DNA of 10,833 nucleotides. It comes from Sulfurimonadaceae bacterium. GTDB lineage: Bacteria > Campylobacterota > Campylobacteria > Campylobacterales > Sulfurimonadaceae. The stretch spans positions 1 to 10,833 of the forward strand of contig JBFEXS010000074.1 in the NCBI GenBank assembly GCA_041562555.1, given 5' to 3'. The notes beneath the pieces were generated by a model. The model did no database searches, had not been told where the DNA came from, and saw only the letters and a list, made by a program, of their open reading frames with translations. A program made the position numbers and the translations under genes. Positions 6,070-10,833 of this stretch are shown here, piece after piece (position 1 is the stretch's first letter; every line of letters starts with the position of its first letter).

Positions 6070-7251
6070 ATGAAAAAACTAGTTGTGAAAAATGCTGCTG
6101 CAAAAAAACTGCGTCTGTTTAACCCATGGGTCTATAAAAACGAGATCGCGATGATGCCTGAAGGATGCGAAGCAGGTGAGCTTGTGGAAGTCGTCAATCT
6201 TAAACAGGAGAGCTTTGGTATCGGCTATGTCAATGCTGCTTCTATGATCACGCTTCGTATGCTCTCTTTTTCAAATGAGGTGATCGATGAAGCCTGGATC
6301 AAAGAGAAGCTGTATATATCTATAACTGCACGTAATCCTATCCTGGAACATTCCAACTCCTGTCGTCTTGTACACTCTGAAGCGGATGGTCTGCCCGGGC
6401 TTATCGTTGATTTTTATGACGGTGTCTTGAGTATAGCGATCAATACAGCAGGTATGGAACGGTTGAGGCCTCAGATCCTATCTACTTTAAATGAGATCAT
6501 CAAACCGATGGGAATCTATGAAAAGTCAGATGCTTCTGCGAGACAAAAAGAGGGATTGGAAACCTTTGAGGGAACCATCCAGGGAGAGGTTCCCGACTTT
6601 ATAGAAGTGGTGGAGTTCGGCTGTCAGTTTGGATTGGAGCTTCAGCACTCGCAAAAGACGGGGTTTTACCTGGATCAACGTTTCAACCATGGGGTGTTGA
6701 CCGAGTATGTGGATGAAGAGGCTACGATGCTTGATCTTTTCTGTAATGTAGGCGGATTCGGGATGCATGCACTCAATGCGGGAGCCAAACATGTCACTTT
6801 TGTGGATATATCCAAAACAGCTATTGAACAGGTGGAAAAAAATATCGATCTCAATGGTTTCGCTGAAGAGGGTCGTTCCACTTGTGTCGCGGCAAATGCC
6901 ATGGACTATATCAAGGAGCTGGCAGATAAAAAAGAGTCTTTTGATATTGTCGTACTTGATCCTCCCTCTTTCGCCAAGACAAAAGAACAGGCAGAAGGAG
7001 CGATCAGCGGTTTTAAGCATCTTATGCTAAACGGGATCAAGGTGTGTAAACCGGGTGGTATCATCGCTCTGTTCTCCTGCTCGTATCATGTGGGTATGGA
7101 TGAATTGATCGATCTGAGTCTGGCGGCATCTCGTGACACGGGAAAACAGCTGAAAGTCTTGGAACATCTCTACCAGGACAAGGATCATCCGTACCTTCTG
7201 AACATGCCAAACTCTTTATATCTTAAAGGCCTGCTCTTTCAGGTGATCTAA
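6070..7251 (+). CDS. rlmI: Class I SAM-dependent rRNA methyltransferase, RlmI family (PUA domain plus MTase)
   Basis: Motifs NPWVYKNEI, RLVHSEADGLPGLIVD, QKTGFYLDQR, LDLFCNVGGFG, VVLDPPSFAK, FSCS. The start is placed at ATG 6070 because the ORF-track start overlaps pyrF. The exact target nucleotide is inferred from family only. Confidence 0.88.
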   Translation: MKKLVVKNAAAKKLRLFNPWVYKNEIAMMPEGCEAGELVEVVNLKQESFGIGYVNAASMITLRMLSFSNEVIDEAWIKEKLYISITARNPILEHSNSCRLVHSEADGLPGLIVDFYDGVLSIAINTAGMERLRPQILSTLNEIIKPMGIYEKSDASARQKEGLETFEGTIQGEVPDFIEVVEFGCQFGLELQHSQKTGFYLDQRFNHGVLTEYVDEEATMLDLFCNVGGFGMHALNAGAKHVTFVDISKTAIEQVEKNIDLNGFAEEGRSTCVAANAMDYIKELADKKESFDIVVLDPPSFAKTKEQAEGAISGFKHLMLNGIKVCKPGGIIALFSCSYHVGMDELIDLSLAASRDTGKQLKVLEHLYQDKDHPYLLNMPNSLYLKGLLFQVI

Positions 7252-7295
7252 AAGCAAGTACGATAAACTGCTTTGCAAACAATCAAAAAGGAAAA

Positions 7296-7856
7296 ATGAT
7301 GAAGGTATTTTCGATGATCATTGCTCTGTTTTTAGGCAGTGCAAGCGTATATGCCGCAGCGAATGAAACGGTGACCCTAGGCGGTACAAAGATCCAGCTC
7401 TTTGGAAAGATGTTGGACGTAGGTGATAGTGCCCCAGTGGTCACTCTGGTGAGTTCAGAACTCAAAGAGGTGAGTGTCGGTGGTGATACCAAAGAGACGC
7501 AGGTACTGGTAGTAGTTCCGAGTATTGATACACCGATTTGTGATCTTGAGGCACGCACCTTCAATGAGAAGGCGGCATCAATGAACAATGTACATATCAC
7601 AGTCGTATCTATGGACCTGCCTTTTGCAGGAAAACGTTATTGTGCAGCCCATGGAATAGATAATATCACTGTCGCTTCGGACTTTCAGGACAAAACATTC
7701 GGTAAGACCTATGGAACGCTTATAGACGAAGGTATACTCAAAGGCATCGAAGCACGTGTGATCTTCATCATCAAAGATGGGAAAGTGAGTTACAGACAAC
7801 TGGTTCCTGAGATCAAGCAAGAACCTGATTTTGAGGCGGCATTAAAGGCTATCTAG
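7296..7856 (+). CDS. tpx: Thiol peroxidase (atypical 2-Cys peroxiredoxin, Tpx) with N-terminal signal peptide
   Basis: VVPSIDTPICD (peroxidatic Cys), SMDLPFAGKRYC (resolving Cys), ARVIFII, EPDF. AAGGAA RBS just upstream. Extra N-terminal MMKVFSMIIALFLGSASVYA. Confidence 0.93.
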   Translation: MMKVFSMIIALFLGSASVYAAANETVTLGGTKIQLFGKMLDVGDSAPVVTLVSSELKEVSVGGDTKETQVLVVVPSIDTPICDLEARTFNEKAASMNNVHITVVSMDLPFAGKRYCAAHGIDNITVASDFQDKTFGKTYGTLIDEGILKGIEARVIFIIKDGKVSYRQLVPEIKQEPDFEAALKAI

Positions 7857-7868
7857 TTAAGAAAGCCC

Positions 7869-7877
7869 TGCTACAAT
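7869..7877 (+). promoter_or_regulatory. Extended -10 (TGcTACAAT) for the DMT gene
   Basis: TGCTACAAT ends 7 nt before the ATG at 7885. Confidence 0.65.
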
Positions 7878-7884
7878 TTCGTTC

Positions 7885-8775
7885 ATGATTACAAACATGG
7901 ACCGCGGAATACTTTTTATGCTGCTGAGTGCGCTGATCTCAGCGTTGAACGGAGCAGTAGCGAAGATCCTGGCAGAAGATTTTTCTGCACTGGAGATCGT
8001 TTTTTATCGTAACCTCCTAGGGGTGGCGATGGTACTGTATACCCTTAAACATACTAAACCGACACTCAGCGGCGGAAAACTGCATCTGTTGATTTTACGT
8101 GGTATCTTTGGTGCATCGGCAATGGTACTCTTCTTTTATACGATTACGGTCATCCCTTTGGGTGAAGCGATCACGTTAAACAAGACATCTCCTTTCTTTG
8201 TCTCGATTCTGGCGTTTTACCTGATGAAAGAACATCTTAGCAAACGGGCTGTTGTAGCTTTGTTGATAGGTTTTATCGGCATCGTGCTCATCACGAAACC
8301 TTTTGGTTTGAGTATTTCCCAAGCACACTTTTTAGGTATCTTGGGAGGGTTTTCAGCTGCTGCGGCTTATGCTACGATTAAAAAGATCAAAGATATCTAT
8401 GATACCCGTGTGATCATGCTCTCTTTCATGGGGATGGGAACACTCTTCCCTCTTGTCCTGTTTATCCTTTCGTATTGGGTACAAGACCCTCCGGAATACA
8501 TCTCTTTCTTGTTCTCGGGCATATCCTGGCATGATGAGTGGCATTTATGGTTCTTAATAGGATTTATGTCGCTTATCTCTACGATATCCCAATGGTTGTT
8601 GACAAAGGCCTACAGTCTTTCCAAGGCAAGCATCATCGGGGTGATATCCTATACGAATATTCCTTTTGCAATAGGTTTTGGCTGGATGTTAGGGGATGCC
8701 TTTCCGGACTTTTGGACTTTTAGCGGAATCGGTTTGATTGTATTGGGGGGAATATTGGTCAGTAGAAGTAAATAG
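7885..8775 (+). CDS. EamA/DMT-family transporter
   Basis: 296 aa with about ten hydrophobic segments in two repeats. Motifs EIVFYRN, LILRG, IPLGEA..L..TSP, LMKEHL, AYSLSKAS. An alternative start exists at 7897. Confidence 0.92.
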   Translation: MITNMDRGILFMLLSALISALNGAVAKILAEDFSALEIVFYRNLLGVAMVLYTLKHTKPTLSGGKLHLLILRGIFGASAMVLFFYTITVIPLGEAITLNKTSPFFVSILAFYLMKEHLSKRAVVALLIGFIGIVLITKPFGLSISQAHFLGILGGFSAAAAYATIKKIKDIYDTRVIMLSFMGMGTLFPLVLFILSYWVQDPPEYISFLFSGISWHDEWHLWFLIGFMSLISTISQWLLTKAYSLSKASIIGVISYTNIPFAIGFGWMLGDAFPDFWTFSGIGLIVLGGILVSRSK

Positions 8776-8795
8776 AAGAAGAGGTCTGAAGACCT
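8770..8795 (-). terminator. Probable terminator for acs (between convergent genes)
   Basis: Minus strand AGGTC-TTCA-GACCT (8795-8782) followed by CTTCTTCTATTT, overlapping the acs stop codon. Confidence 0.5.
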
Positions 8796-10764
8796 ATCCT
8801 TTGACGATCGTTTCGATTTGTGCTACTACGCTTGGATCTTCCAATGTAGAGATGTCCTGGGTGATTGCCTCACCTTTTGCGATAGAACGAAGAATACGAC
8901 GCATTATTTTTCCTGAACGTGTCTTAGGAAGACCCGGAGCAAAGACAATGTCATCACACACGGCAATATTTCCGATCTCTTTTTTGATGACTTCATTGAT
9001 CGCTTTTATTTTTGCGACATCATCCTCATATCGCTCTGGGTCCAATTCGTTTTTCAGGACGATATAGGCGAAGATACCTTCACCTTTGAGTTCATGCGGT
9101 TTACCGACGACAGCAACCTCTGCCACGTCATCATCTTTCTTGATAGCCGCTTCGATCTCGGCTGTTCCCATACGGTGTCCGGATACATTGATGACATCAT
9201 CGGTACGACCGGTGATCGTGATATATCCATCCTCATCGTAATTTGCTCCATCACCGGTAAAGTAGACGGCTCGGCCATCTTTTTGGACATCCCCGAAGTA
9301 GGATTTTTTAAAGCGTTCAGGATCTCCCCACACATTTCGGATCATCGATGGCCAAGGACGTGTAATACACATATATCCGCTTTCACCTTTGCCGACTTTT
9401 TTACCTGTTTCAGGATCAAGGATCTCTCCGATGATACCCGGAAGCGGCAGGGTCGCACAGGCCGGTTTGATCGGTGTGGCACCCGGTAAAGGAGAGATGA
9501 TATGTCCTCCTGTTTCTGTTTGCCAGTAGGTGTCTACTATGGCACATTTGGAAGCACCCACCTCTTCGTAATACCACTTCCACGCCGGTGGATCGATAGG
9601 CTCTCCAACGGTTCCGAGAACTCTGAGTGAAGAGATGTCATATTTTGCAGGTTCCTGCTCGCCCATCTTGTGCAGGACACGGATCGCTGTCGGCGCAGTA
9701 TAGAACTGGTTGATCTTATGCTCTTGTACCATCTTCCATGGGCGGCCTGCATCAGGGTAGGTAATGACCCCTTCAAACATCACTGTAGTTGCACCCATTG
9801 CCAGCGGGCCGTATACGATATAGGTATGGCCGGTAATCCAACCCACATCGGCAGTACACCAATAGGTGTCTGTTTCTTTGACGTCAAAGACCCATTCCAT
9901 TGTCAGCTGTGCCCAGAGGATATATCCGGCTGAATTATGCTGGACACCTTTTGGTTTACCGGTTGAACCTGATGTGTACAGAAGGAAGAGAGGATCTTCT
10001 GCATCCATCACCTCTGCTTCACATTCACTGGCTTTACCCTGGATGAGTTCGGTATAGGAGTAGTCACGTCCTGCAATCCATGTAACCTCTTCATTATTAC
10101 GCTCGACTACGAGTACTTTCTCGACAGGAGTTTCGCCTTCGAGGGCAGCATCGACAACAGGTTTGAGCATGTAGGGTTTGGATTTTCTAAAAGCACCATC
10201 AGCAGTGATGACGACTTTTGCATCGGCATCTTCGATTCGATCACGAAGTGCTTCTGCCGAGAATCCGCCAAAAACGATAGAATGGATGGCTCCGATACGT
10301 GCACAGGCAAGCATGGCATAGGCTGCTTCAGGTATCATCGGCATATAGATCACGACACGATCACCTTTTTTTACGCCAAAGTCTTCTTTGAGAAGATTGG
10401 CAAATCTGTTCACATGGTGATAAAGTTCCAGATAGCTGATACTTTCTACATCTCCGCGGTCGCCTTCAAAGAGTATAGCCGTCTTGTTTTTACGGGTATC
10501 AAGATGACGGTCGATACATTGGGCAGTAACATTCAGTTTCCCCCCGTCAAACCATTTGACAAAGGGCATATTGGATTCATCCAAGACAGTAGAAAAAGGC
10601 TCAATCCAGTCGATTTTTTCTTTAGCATAGTCTCCCCAAAATCCCTCATAGTCATTTTCAGCTTTTTGGCACAGGGCTTTATACTCATCCATATTTTTGA
10701 TACGGGCATTTTTAGCAAAGTCTGCATTGGGTTGAAATACCGGTTTTTTCGTTGTCTCGCTCAT
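8794..10764 (-). CDS. acs: Acetyl-CoA synthetase (acetate--CoA ligase, AMP-forming)
   Basis: [35 protein letters not shown] and [11 protein letters not shown] (with the acetylation-site Lys). The start MSETTKK at 10764 has an AGGA RBS at 10771-10774. Confidence 0.98.
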   Translation of the reverse strand: MSETTKKPVFQPNADFAKNARIKNMDEYKALCQKAENDYEGFWGDYAKEKIDWIEPFSTVLDESNMPFVKWFDGGKLNVTAQCIDRHLDTRKNKTAILFEGDRGDVESISYLELYHHVNRFANLLKEDFGVKKGDRVVIYMPMIPEAAYAMLACARIGAIHSIVFGGFSAEALRDRIEDADAKVVITADGAFRKSKPYMLKPVVDAALEGETPVEKVLVVERNNEEVTWIAGRDYSYTELIQGKASECEAEVMDAEDPLFLLYTSGSTGKPKGVQHNSAGYILWAQLTMEWVFDVKETDTYWCTADVGWITGHTYIVYGPLAMGATTVMFEGVITYPDAGRPWKMVQEHKINQFYTAPTAIRVLHKMGEQEPAKYDISSLRVLGTVGEPIDPPAWKWYYEEVGASKCAIVDTYWQTETGGHIISPLPGATPIKPACATLPLPGIIGEILDPETGKKVGKGESGYMCITRPWPSMIRNVWGDPERFKKSYFGDVQKDGRAVYFTGDGANYDEDGYITITGRTDDVINVSGHRMGTAEIEAAIKKDDDVAEVAVVGKPHELKGEGIFAYIVLKNELDPERYEDDVAKIKAINEVIKKEIGNIAVCDDIVFAPGLPKTRSGKIMRRILRSIAKGEAITQDISTLEDPSVVAQIETIVKG

Positions 10765-10813
10765 TTTTTTTCCTGTTAAAATGTAAAGTGCGCAATGATA
10801 GCTCACTGCATTT

Positions 10814-10819
10814 ATTGTA
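10814..10819 (-). promoter_or_regulatory. Possible -10 box (TACAAT) for acs
   Basis: Reverse complement TACAAT about 50 nt upstream of the acs start. The upstream context is cut off by the window edge. Confidence 0.4.
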
Positions 10820-10833
10820 GGGTTAATTGTATC

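Noticed and set aside
5237..7030. Overlapping or antisense ORFs within pyrF and rlmI, and the extended starts at 6032 and 5929
   Set aside because: These are shadows of well-identified genes. The extended starts would make pyrF and rlmI overlap and lack an RBS.
7283..10779. Antisense and alternative-frame ORFs within tpx, the DMT gene and acs
   Set aside because: They are fully explained as shadow frames of conserved genes.
1..10833. CRISPR array, IS element, integrase or prophage genes
   Set aside because: No regularly spaced repeats, terminal inverted repeats flanking a transposase, or recombinase motifs were seen.

Overview
Bacterial chromosomal window, by inference from Campylobacterota (Sulfurimonas/Sulfurovum-like), based on gnTATAAT promoters with a TTTAAGT upstream element, AAGGA ribosome-binding sites and protein style. 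Left to right: the 3' end of a type II secretion major pseudopilin (gspG-like); a membrane-anchored protein with an apparently degenerate Mrr/PD-(D/E)XK nuclease fold; a ~90-aa hypothetical gene; a minus-strand three-gene type I secretion-like operon (ABC transmembrane domain, HlyD-type adaptor, TolC); tRNA-Ser(GCT); a 48-aa small ORF; pyrF; an RlmI-family rRNA methyltransferase; a thiol peroxidase with an N-terminal signal peptide; an EamA/DMT transporter; and acetyl-CoA synthetase. The most unusual element is the tripartite exporter. Its ABC component ends cleanly after the membrane domain, with no ATPase domain and no ATPase or cargo gene in the window. All calls come from reading the sequence by eye; no database searches were run.
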